In this document: positions 10,376 to 17,346 of the stretch, in pieces
Layout of the letters: each line of letters starts with the position of its first letter
How positions within the stretch are numbered: position 1 is the first letter of the stretch
Sequence record: NC_055023.1
Length of the DNA stretch: 40,147 bases
Origin: Staphylococcus phage SP276
Reading direction: 5' to 3' (one strand)
Notes under the pieces: generated by a model
Databases searched by the model: none
The model's input: the letters and a program-made list of their open reading frames with translations, nothing else
What the model was told of the DNA's origin: nothing
Translations under genes and position numbers: made by a program

Positions 10376-10630
10376 ATGATTAACTGGAAAATCAGAATAA
10401 AGCAAAAAACGTTTTGGGTGGCGATATTATCAGCCATCTTTTTATTTGCACAAAGTATCGCTAAAGTTTTGGGATACGACATTCAAGTTTATACAGAACA
10501 ACTGACAGACGCGTTAAACAGTATTCTAGGGATTCTAGTTTTAATGGGTGTTATTCAAGACCCGACGACACAAGGAGTTAGCGACAGTCATCAAGCACTT
10601 AATTATGAAGAACCTAGACAAAAATATTGA
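10376..10630 (+). CDS. Holin
   Basis: 84 aa, two predicted TM helices, charged C-terminus. Strong RBS (ggaggtattcaa-ATG). Immediately upstream of endolysin. Confidence 0.75.
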   Translation: MINWKIRIKQKTFWVAILSAIFLFAQSIAKVLGYDIQVYTEQLTDALNSILGILVLMGVIQDPTTQGVSDSHQALNYEEPRQKY

Positions 10631-10642
10631 GAGGTGAATGAC

Positions 10643-11398
10643 ATGAAAACATATAGTGAAGCAATAAGTCGTTTACGTTGGTATGAAGGTAGATACATTG
10701 ACTTTGATGGTTATTGGGCATACCAGTGCATGGATTTAGCTGTTGATTACATTTATTGGTTGTTAGGCATTCGCATGTGGGGTAACGCTAAAGATGCGAT
10801 TAACAACGACTTTAAAAATATGGCTACAGTCTATGAAAATACACCTTCATTCGTCCCACAAGTAGGCGACGTAGCGGTATTTAGAAGCGGAATTTATAAG
10901 CAATACGGTCACATTGGCATCGTATACAACAGTGGTAATACAAATCAATTTTTGATTTTAGAACAGAATTTCGATGGCAATGCAAATACGCCTGCAAAGT
11001 TAAGATGGGATAATTATTATGGTTGTACGCATTTTATACGCCCTCATTACAAAAGAGAGAATACCACTTCTAAAATCGCTAATAAAATCAGTCCACCATC
11101 ACATAAAGCGGCAGGCAATTCAGCTAGTAAGATTATCAGTGGAAGTAGAGCGCCGTATAACCTCAAATGGTCAAAAGGTGCTTATTTTAATGCAAAAGTT
11201 GACGGTTTAGGTGCTACATCGGCAACACGGTATGGTGATAGCCGTGCAAATTATCGTTTTGACGTCGGACAAGCCGAATATGTACCAGGCACGTTAATTT
11301 ATGTATTTGAAATCATTGATGGTTGGTGTCGTATCTATTGGAATAATCATAACGAATGGATCTGGCATGAAAGACTGATTGTTAAAGAAGTATTCTGA
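10643..11398 (+). CDS. Endolysin: CHAP peptidase/amidase plus C-terminal SH3b cell-wall binding domain
   Basis: CHAP motifs (YQCMDLAVDY … GHIGIV). C-terminal SH3_5-like block (YFNAKVDGLGATSATRYGDS…GWCRIYWNN). ATG at 10643 with RBS gagaggtga. The ORF-track start at 10634 is a GTG. Confidence 0.85.
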   Translation: MKTYSEAISRLRWYEGRYIDFDGYWAYQCMDLAVDYIYWLLGIRMWGNAKDAINNDFKNMATVYENTPSFVPQVGDVAVFRSGIYKQYGHIGIVYNSGNTNQFLILEQNFDGNANTPAKLRWDNYYGCTHFIRPHYKRENTTSKIANKISPPSHKAAGNSASKIISGSRAPYNLKWSKGAYFNAKVDGLGATSATRYGDSRANYRFDVGQAEYVPGTLIYVFEIIDGWCRIYWNNHNEWIWHERLIVKEVF

Positions 11399-11444
11399 TA
11401 ACAAAAGTAAAATATGATATACTATGTATATCCACGACATGATT

Positions 11445-11478
11445 AGAGGGTAGCCGTAATGGTTACCCTCTTTTTTTA
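11445..11478 (+). terminator. Rho-independent terminator after the lysis cassette
   Basis: AGAGGGTA-(11 nt loop)-TACCCTCT followed by TTTTTTT. Confidence 0.75.
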
Positions 11479-11479
11479 T

Positions 11480-11836
11480 GTTATAATATTGATAAACGAT
11501 CTACTCTATAATTTACTCAGTTATAGCGTGAGGAGCTAACTGTTGCGATGGTTGCCTATTTACTCACCACACCCTCACGGTGTGGTATTTTTTATGGAAA
11601 CACCCCGCCTGCAATAGGTGGGGTGATACCGTTTTTGATACCGTTAATATTTAAATCTCACAAATTTGAAAAATCGAAAATGGCTAAATCTCTTTTTTAC
11701 AGCTTTTTAACAGTGTTTCACTTCAAAAAATCAACTTTAAGATTACCCATGCAGGACATGGCGTTTACTAAAATCGCCAGTATTGCTATAGATTCCAGGA
11801 GATAATTATAAAAATGATACCATTTCGATACCATTA
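11480..11836. other. Probable attP region: two tandem + strand hairpin terminators and four arm-type direct repeats GATACC(G/A)TT
   Basis: Hairpins at 11566-11595 (ACCACAC/GTGTGGT + T-run) and 11601-11625 (CACCCCGCC/GGTGGGGTG). Tandem 12-mers TGATACCGTTTT/TGATACCGTTAA at 11624-11647. GATACCATT x2 at 11816-11835, overlapping the int stop codon. Confidence 0.55.
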
Positions 11837-12880
11837 GTCATCAAATAGTGACATAACATCATGCTTTTTGTTATTGTAAAAATGAGTGTAAGTATCAACT
11901 GTTTCAGTTATACTTGAATGGCGCAACAAATCTCGCAACACATAAATATCGCACCCTTTATCAGCAAGGTAACTTGCATAAGAATGTCTTAACCCGTGTG
12001 ATGTTATTTTAGGAAAAATGGTTTTAACGGTTCTCGAAAAATGTGCGTAATCAGGTGGGGCGTAACCACCGAAAACAAACATTGAATCGTTAAAGCCATA
12101 ATATTTATTTGATGCAATTTCATACATATCAGATAACATTTCAACGAGAATTTTTGGTATTGGCAATATAGCTATTGATGAGCTAGTTTTAGGATAATCG
12201 GCCATTTTCCTTTGAGTGATATCCCAAGTTTTAGATATACTTATTTCTTTTCTTTCTAGATTCACATCTTCCCAAAGCATCCCCATTGCTTCGCCCACTC
12301 TAGTGCCTGTATAAAACATAAAAGTTAACATTTCTCGATATGTGTCGTTTTTCAGATTAACTATTTTATTGTGAAATTCTTCTTTAGTTACAAAGTTGAA
12401 TTTAGTTTTCTTTTTAGGTATTGTAGGTATACCAGTACAAGGATTTGGCGACAAACCGTAGTAAAGAGAAGCATATGAAAAAACAGCTTTAAAAGTGAAC
12501 CAGATCGTACGAGCTGTATTTATTGAATTACAATTATCTATAAGATGAGTTCTAAACTCTAAACACTGAGGCCGTGTTATTTCTGAAATTTTACGGTTTC
12601 CAAACTTTTCTTTTATATGATTCGTGTAATCATATTTTTTTCTGCGTATAGTCCTTTCTCTTAAATCGGTATTTTTTAATTGTTCATAAAACACAACTTC
12701 GTAAATTTGTTTATCTGAATAACCGTTTTTAGTTTTTTGAATAAAATCTGCTTCTGCAACTTTAGCTTGACGTTTTGTTTTAAATCCACGCTTCATTTTG
12801 CGTTTATTATTTCCAAACACATCTTTATACCTTACTGAAAAATACCATTTACCTGTTTTGTCATCTTTGTACACCGGCAT
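11834..12880 (-). CDS. int: Tyrosine recombinase (phage integrase)
   Basis: C-terminal catalytic blocks HGLRHSYAS and LLRHSSITETVDTYTH (R..HxxR..Y). RBS gaggaggaatgacgaa before the ATG at 12880. The ORF-track start at 12898 adds 6 codons. Confidence 0.9.
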   Translation of the reverse strand: MPVYKDDKTGKWYFSVRYKDVFGNNKRKMKRGFKTKRQAKVAEADFIQKTKNGYSDKQIYEVVFYEQLKNTDLRERTIRRKKYDYTNHIKEKFGNRKISEITRPQCLEFRTHLIDNCNSINTARTIWFTFKAVFSYASLYYGLSPNPCTGIPTIPKKKTKFNFVTKEEFHNKIVNLKNDTYREMLTFMFYTGTRVGEAMGMLWEDVNLERKEISISKTWDITQRKMADYPKTSSSIAILPIPKILVEMLSDMYEIASNKYYGFNDSMFVFGGYAPPDYAHFSRTVKTIFPKITSHGLRHSYASYLADKGCDIYVLRDLLRHSSITETVDTYTHFYNNKKHDVMSLFDD

Positions 12881-12918
12881 TTCGTCATTCCTCCTCAAAA
12901 AAAGTAAAAAAAATAATA

Positions 12919-12936
12919 AGGGTACAGGAGTACCCT
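12919..12936 (-). terminator. Palindromic hairpin (AGGGTAC-AGGA-GTACCCT) with a T-run on the minus strand, immediately upstream of the int RBS
   Basis: Perfect 7-bp inverted repeat. On the minus strand it is followed by TTATTATTTTTTTTACTTTTTTTG. Confidence 0.5.
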
Positions 12937-13166
12937 GTTAATAGCTTGTTGCTATTAAGAATAAACTTATTAATCAATTCATGTTATAATTAACGGGAAA
13001 GTAGGTGAAAGTGTGAATTATATTAAATTTGTGATAACTCATTTTTTGATTATTCTAGTGGTTTTGAATTTAGCAATTAGAATTTCTATACTATTTAATT
13101 TAAATTATACTGTTAGTTTCATGATGCTATATATAATTTTTTTAATAGTTGTTAGAGTTGAAATTA

Positions 13167-14354
13167 TTAATTATTATCAGAATCATTTTGGGATACGCTT
13201 TCATCTTCGTTTTTAATTTCACTTTCAAATTTTTCAGGAATTTCTAAAATATTTTTATCAGATGCATTAATTTTTTGATAAAATGTGCGCATTGATTCTT
13301 CCATCTGTATTCTGTCGTATTGATATTTTAATATATCGGTCTTTAGTTTCTCTCTTTCAACATCATTTCTTAATTCTTTAATATCGTTTGGAACCTTTTC
13401 TTGAAATTCTATTCCACCTATGGATTTTATCTTTTTACCCTTAAAAAGTTGGTAAAAAAGTATCACATTAGCTACCCAACTACTAACATTAAATACTCCC
13501 TCGTTTTTGGAATAAATCTCTTTAATAAAATCAAATGGTATGTGTGATATGAATTCGATTAAACCAGGGCTTTGTACATCTATCTTTTGAGATTTAAATT
13601 CAAATGAAGTAATTTCGGTATACATCTTTATTAAATTATTAAATTCAAACCAAAGTTGAGGTGAGATATCTTCTTTTCTTTTTATGTCTATGTTTATGTG
13701 TAAATGATTATTCTGTATATAAACTGGGTTTATTAAATAATTAATTGCTTCTTTATATTCTGATAAATTTATTATTGTTTGATGCATTTGGAGCTTATTT
13801 AATATTTTAGGATCAATACGATAGCGTGAGCATTTTTTTAACCATTTTACTTTTCTATTAAGTTTATTTTTTGAATATTTATAATCCTTCTTCTTACTAT
13901 CTATTTTAATGTTTTGAATTTCTTTATCGGTATATTCAATCGCATTACTAACAATGATTCCTATAGAAAATTCGAAAGATCTATAATTTGGAATCAATAT
14001 GTAATCACCTATATTAATTTCGTGAATAAACTCAAATAAGCGCTTACTTAAATCAGTGATATTTCTTTTAGTTAAATTATTTTTTTCTAATATTTTATCT
14101 CTTTCATCTTCAGATAAGTTGGAAAGGTTTTCTTTCAATTCTTTCTGCTTATTATCATTTTTTGATGTAATTATTTTTTTGTAGTCGTCTAATTTATTAA
14201 ATCCTTTTAAAGTATTTAAATCTACAATGTTGTTAGTTATAGATACATGGTTATTATATTTAAAATCTTTGTACCAACTTCCACCATTTGTACGAATTAG
14301 CCAATAATTTGTATTGTCAGGAATCATATCGATTTTTAAATAATTTTCTTCCAT
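13167..14354 (-). CDS. Hypothetical protein (395 aa), AT-rich moron; no recognised family
   Basis: Strong RBS (ggaggttgaggg-ATG). Very AT-rich codon usage compared with the rest of the genome. The N-terminal pattern YWLIRTNGG…GDYILIPNYRSFEFSIGIIV may be PUA-like or PD-(D/E)xK-like. Acidic C-terminal tail. Confidence 0.7.
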   Translation of the reverse strand: MEENYLKIDMIPDNTNYWLIRTNGGSWYKDFKYNNHVSITNNIVDLNTLKGFNKLDDYKKIITSKNDNKQKELKENLSNLSEDERDKILEKNNLTKRNITDLSKRLFEFIHEINIGDYILIPNYRSFEFSIGIIVSNAIEYTDKEIQNIKIDSKKKDYKYSKNKLNRKVKWLKKCSRYRIDPKILNKLQMHQTIINLSEYKEAINYLINPVYIQNNHLHINIDIKRKEDISPQLWFEFNNLIKMYTEITSFEFKSQKIDVQSPGLIEFISHIPFDFIKEIYSKNEGVFNVSSWVANVILFYQLFKGKKIKSIGGIEFQEKVPNDIKELRNDVEREKLKTDILKYQYDRIQMEESMRTFYQKINASDKNILEIPEKFESEIKNEDESVSQNDSDNN

Positions 14355-14355
14355 C

Positions 14356-14400
14356 CCTCAACCTCCAATTTAAAAGGGTAGGCGTGCTAGCCCTTTTAAA
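14356..14400 (-). terminator. Intergenic hairpin terminator between the two moron genes
   Basis: AAAAGGG-(12 nt loop)-CCCTTTT followed by a T-run on the minus strand. Confidence 0.55.
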
Positions 14401-14401
14401 A

Positions 14402-14911
14402 TCATTTGTTCGCTATAACTTTTAACAATTCAATGATTTCTTCGTTCTGTTTTATAATTTTGTCATTTTGAGCTATTTGTATAAAATTTTGTTTTTGATG
14501 GGTCATATAATAATTATATGTAGCTTGTTTTTCCATATTAAATGTCAGTTGACCAAAAGCATGGTAAAATTTATCAAAGTTTGCTAATATCTGCTGCTTT
14601 TGAAAGACTTCTATTGTAGTGTTTGAAGGATTGTAAATACCTTGAGTAGCAAAGAATTTAGTTATTTTCTCTTTTTGAGATTCTTTGCTCTCTTTAATTT
14701 TAAGTTGCTTGGTTTTTACTTGTTCTTCTTTAAGTCTTTTTTCTTCTTTTAAAAGATCAATTGGATTGTCGTTTAGCCATTCCCAAACAACATTATCTTT
14801 TTGTTCACGTGTTAAAGATTTGTACACCTGCTTTTCTTCTGTTGTTAATGTTCCTTTATACTTATTTTCATTCCAATTTATTTTAGTTTGTTCTTTAAAA
14901 TTTCTAGTCAT
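14402..14911 (-). CDS. Hypothetical protein (169 aa), AT-rich, Lys/Glu-rich
   Basis: RBS aaggagtga 8 nt before the ATG at 14911. Same orientation and composition as the 395-aa gene. No motif recognised. Confidence 0.65.
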   Translation of the reverse strand: MTRNFKEQTKINWNENKYKGTLTTEEKQVYKSLTREQKDNVVWEWLNDNPIDLLKEEKRLKEEQVKTKQLKIKESKESQKEKITKFFATQGIYNPSNTTIEVFQKQQILANFDKFYHAFGQLTFNMEKQATYNYYMTHQKQNFIQIAQNDKIIKQNEEIIELLKVIANK

Positions 14912-14936
14912 TATGTATCACTCCTTGTTTTTATAT

Positions 14937-14957
14937 AAAGCGCCTTGAGGGCGCTAA
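14937..14957 (-). terminator. Hairpin AGCGCC-TTGAG-GGCGCT directly downstream of cI
   Basis: 6-bp GC-rich stem between the cI stop (14961) and the start of the 169-aa gene. Confidence 0.45.
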
Positions 14958-14960
14958 ATA

Positions 14961-15683
14961 CTACAATATAACTTTTCCTGCTACTTTAATATCGTGACTA
15001 CTATCAAAATGTAAATCAGGATATTTTGAATTCAAAGATACCAAACGTATACCTTCTTCATTGATAAACACCTTTTTTAAATAAGCCTCACCATCAATGA
15101 CAAATATACCAATTTGACCACTGTTGATTTGCTTTGTTTTATCGATAAAGATAATCTCTTTATCTTCAAACATAGGTTCCATTGAGTCACCATTCACTTG
15201 CAATGCAAAATCGTGGTTAGGTATGTGTCCGTTGTATTGCGTCGTAAATTCCACACCATCTATCAACGTTTCTCCAGTGCCTGCCGAAGCATAACCGTAT
15301 ACAGCAACTTCTTCGGATATTACATTGTGTGAATTTATATGTAAGACTTTGTTGTTTTGTTCATTTAATTGTTCATTAGCAAAGTCTAATACACGCTTTT
15401 GACGGGGAGGTGTGAGTTTGTCGTATATTGAAGTGATTGAGTTTTCATCTTTATATGTAGTACTTGCTTCACTATACAAATCATTAATCTTTACGTTGAA
15501 GTACTCAGCTAAAACTTTGGCTGTTGATAATCGAGGTTCTTCCTTTTCATTTTCCCATTTTGAAATCTTACCTTTCGTCAGTTTCATTAGGTCAGGATAT
15601 TTATTATTAAGGTCAGTTGCTAATTGTTCCATAGTCATATTTTTATTTTTTCTTAAATTCTTTAAACCTTCACCAATGCCCAT
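14961..15683 (-). CDS. cI: CI-like repressor (XRE HTH plus S24 LexA-like peptidase domain)
   Basis: N-terminal HTH (MTMEQLATDL…). C-terminal VNGDSMEP (Ser nucleophile) and an LKKV Lys motif. RBS aaggaggtcttcat-ATG. Divergent from cro. Confidence 0.9.
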   Translation of the reverse strand: MGIGEGLKNLRKNKNMTMEQLATDLNNKYPDLMKLTKGKISKWENEKEEPRLSTAKVLAEYFNVKINDLYSEASTTYKDENSITSIYDKLTPPRQKRVLDFANEQLNEQNNKVLHINSHNVISEEVAVYGYASAGTGETLIDGVEFTTQYNGHIPNHDFALQVNGDSMEPMFEDKEIIFIDKTKQINSGQIGIFVIDGEAYLKKVFINEEGIRLVSLNSKYPDLHFDSSHDIKVAGKVIL

Positions 15684-15712
15684 ATGAAGACCTCCTTATA
15701 TAAGATAAGTTC

Positions 15713-15741
15713 ATTATAAGAGTTTCGAAAACGAAACGCAA
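15713..15741 (-). promoter_or_regulatory. P_cI-like sigma-A promoter with a palindromic operator in its spacer
   Basis: On the minus strand: TTGCGT-17 nt-TATAAT. The 17-nt spacer contains GTTTCG-TTTT-CGAAAC, which on the plus strand is 15722-15737. Confidence 0.6.
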
Positions 15742-15763
15742 GAAAAAAATTCTATAAAAGTTG

Positions 15764-15834
15764 TTGACATCGAAACTTTTATAATGTATTCTTAAATCAA
15801 GTTGTTACAAACGAAACAAAAAGGAGGGGGTTAA
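15764..15834 (+). promoter_or_regulatory. Rightward (cro) promoter/operator region with CGAAAC half-sites
   Basis: TTGACA at 15764-69 with CGAAAC immediately after, TATAAT-like at 15780-85 (spacing suboptimal). Further CGAAAC at 15811-16. The palindrome TTTCGAAA recurs downstream of cro at ~16054. Confidence 0.45.
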
Positions 15835-16047
15835 ATGGCAACGAGCGCGGCAGATAAACCATACTTAAAAATAAAAAGCTTGATTGCACTTAAAGGCACT
15901 AACCAGAAAGAAGTTGCTAAGGCGATTGGAATGAGTAGAAGTTTATTGAGTATAAAGATAAATCGAATTAATGGTAGAGATTTTACAACTTCAGAAGCTA
16001 AAAAATTAGCAGACCATTTAAATGTTAAAGTTGATGATTTTTTTTAA
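15835..16047 (+). CDS. cro: Cro-like HTH regulator
   Basis: 70 aa. HTH (TNQKEVAKAIGMSRSLLS). Excellent RBS aaaggaggggg. Divergent from cI. Confidence 0.8.
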   Translation: MATSAADKPYLKIKSLIALKGTNQKEVAKAIGMSRSLLSIKINRINGRDFTTSEAKKLADHLNVKVDDFF

Positions 16048-16092
16048 ATTTTAAGTTTCGAAAGTGACAACTATAAAAATAAGGAGGATACC

Positions 16093-16254
16093 ATGGAACA
16101 AACTGCTAACTATAGAATTTACGTAGAAGAAAATGAATGCAATGGATACGTAATATATGCAAACAGTATGAGCGAAGTTTACGAATTAATAAAAAAAGTA
16201 GATAGATTTACAGAAATTAAAATAAGCCCCTCAGAAAAGAAGGGCGTGAAATAA
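16093..16254 (+). CDS. Small hypothetical protein (53 aa)
   Basis: Consensus RBS aaggaggatacc-ATG. Not in the ORF track because it is shorter than 60 aa. Confidence 0.45.
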   Translation: MEQTANYRIYVEENECNGYVIYANSMSEVYELIKKVDRFTEIKISPSEKKGVK

Positions 16255-16257
16255 AAA

Positions 16258-16521
16258 CTAGAGATAATCTTTCAAATGCTTAGAATCGCATATGACATTG
16301 CTCCATGCAGCTTCACCAGTCAACTTAGCTACAAACAGGCTGTCATCATTATCAACAAATAGTTTCAGTTCGTCTCTAATTTCTTTCGCACTGAATACTG
16401 AGTTAACAAACCAAACAGATTTATTGATTCTTTCAGCATTAGGATAATCCTTTATTCTACTTATCAATTTAGGGTAATCCTTATGGTCATTCAAGTCATA
16501 CGAAATGATATAGCTATTCAT
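16258..16521 (-). CDS. Hypothetical protein (87 aa), antisense to the early operon; motif order reminiscent of a Cas2/VapD-like fold
   Basis: Consensus RBS ctaaggaggtgaataac-ATG on the minus strand. Blocks YIISYDL / DYPKLISRIKDY / INKSVWFVN / DDSLFVAKL parallel the beta1-alpha1-beta2…beta4 motifs of Cas2/VapD. Confidence 0.55.
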   Translation of the reverse strand: MNSYIISYDLNDHKDYPKLISRIKDYPNAERINKSVWFVNSVFSAKEIRDELKLFVDNDDSLFVAKLTGEAAWSNVICDSKHLKDYL

Positions 16522-16577
16522 TGTTATTCACCTCCTTAGGTTGATAACAACATTATACACGAAAAGAGGACAACGAA

Positions 16578-16772
16578 ATGCAGGAACAAAACAAAAAAGT
16601 CATCTATTACTACTATGACGAAGAAGGTAATAGACGACTTTGGAGCGTAAACAACTTAAACGAATCTGTTGTAAGTGGATACAAAGCTAGAATTGAATTT
16701 TTCAAAAAGAAAAATCCTGATGTAGATAATCTATTCATTCAAATAGATGGTGTTGAATTTAAATTACTGTAA
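16578..16772 (+). CDS. Hypothetical protein (64 aa)
   Basis: RBS aaaagagga, ATG at 16578. Confidence 0.5.
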   Translation: MQEQNKKVIYYYYDEEGNRRLWSVNNLNESVVSGYKARIEFFKKKNPDVDNLFIQIDGVEFKLL

Positions 16773-16783
16773 GGAGGATTAAC

Positions 16784-16861
16784 ATGTTTTCTTTAATCGT
16801 AAGCATTTTAGCAATAATTCTATCAATTATCACAATAGCAATTAATTCAAATGATAAGTAA
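16784..16861 (+). CDS. 25-aa hydrophobic peptide MFSLIVSILAIILSIITIAINSNDK
   Basis: Perfect RBS taaggagg 7 nt upstream of the ATG. One TM helix plus a short polar tail. Confidence 0.4.
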   Translation: MFSLIVSILAIILSIITIAINSNDK

Positions 16862-16877
16862 TCAAGGAGGGACAATT

Positions 16878-17045
16878 ATGGAAAAGAAAAAGATAGATTT
16901 GAGGTCTCTAACTAAAGATGAATTTGAAGGTATTCGTATTCCAGTATTATTTTTAAAAATTCAACTTTTTTTCGTTGAAAACGATATAAGCGAAGAGGAC
17001 TGCAAGGTACTAGCTCGCATGCTCAACGCTTATTACGAAGATTAA
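16878..17045 (+). CDS. Hypothetical protein (55 aa)
   Basis: RBS caaggaggg. The internal ATG at 16878 (MEKKK…) is favoured over the track start at 16851. Confidence 0.45.
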   Translation: MEKKKIDLRSLTKDEFEGIRIPVLFLKIQLFFVENDISEEDCKVLARMLNAYYED

Positions 17046-17269
17046 ATTCTTAAATCATTTCTGATTTTAAGACCGTTAGATTTTTGTCCAGATTTTTTCT
17101 TCTTTTGTTCATCGACAATAGTTTGATTGTATTCAACTGCTCGCTCAAAAGCTTTTATATACAAATCAAAATAGTGTTCAACAGAAGAATCTGCGTTTTC
17201 TACTTTTGAAACATTTGGGTTAGAAATAAAAGCAGATGCAAACTTATCTGGATTAATAAATTGTTCCAT
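17042..17269 (-). CDS. Hypothetical protein (~75 aa), antisense to the early operon
   Basis: The longest ORF (to 17317) lacks an RBS. The internal start MEQF… is preceded by gggggtg. Confidence 0.35.
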   Translation of the reverse strand: MEQFINPDKFASAFISNPNVSKVENADSSVEHYFDLYIKAFERAVEYNQTIVDEQKKKKSGQKSNGLKIRNDLRI

Positions 17270-17346
17270 TATGTAACACCCCCAATCCAACGCAGTAGCG
17301 TTAGATACATTATACATAACACTTTAACAGAAAGGAGCATTTAAAA

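Noticed and set aside
11548-11805. 85-aa + strand ORF in the int-proximal intergenic region
   Set aside because: It lies within the hairpin and repeat-rich attP region, has no RBS, and its Pro/Gly-rich translation looks like an artefact of the GC-rich hairpins. It was treated as non-coding.
13013-13216. 67-aa hydrophobic + strand ORF
   Set aside because: It sits in the AT-rich region, overlaps the 3' end of the 395-aa gene on the opposite strand, has no RBS, and is low-complexity Ile/Leu/Phe. It is likely spurious.
15764-15785. TTGACA / TATAAT pair as a canonical rightward promoter
   Set aside because: The spacing is only ~10 nt, so the true -10 is probably a weaker hexamer further downstream. 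It is reported only as a promoter/operator region, not as a precise promoter.
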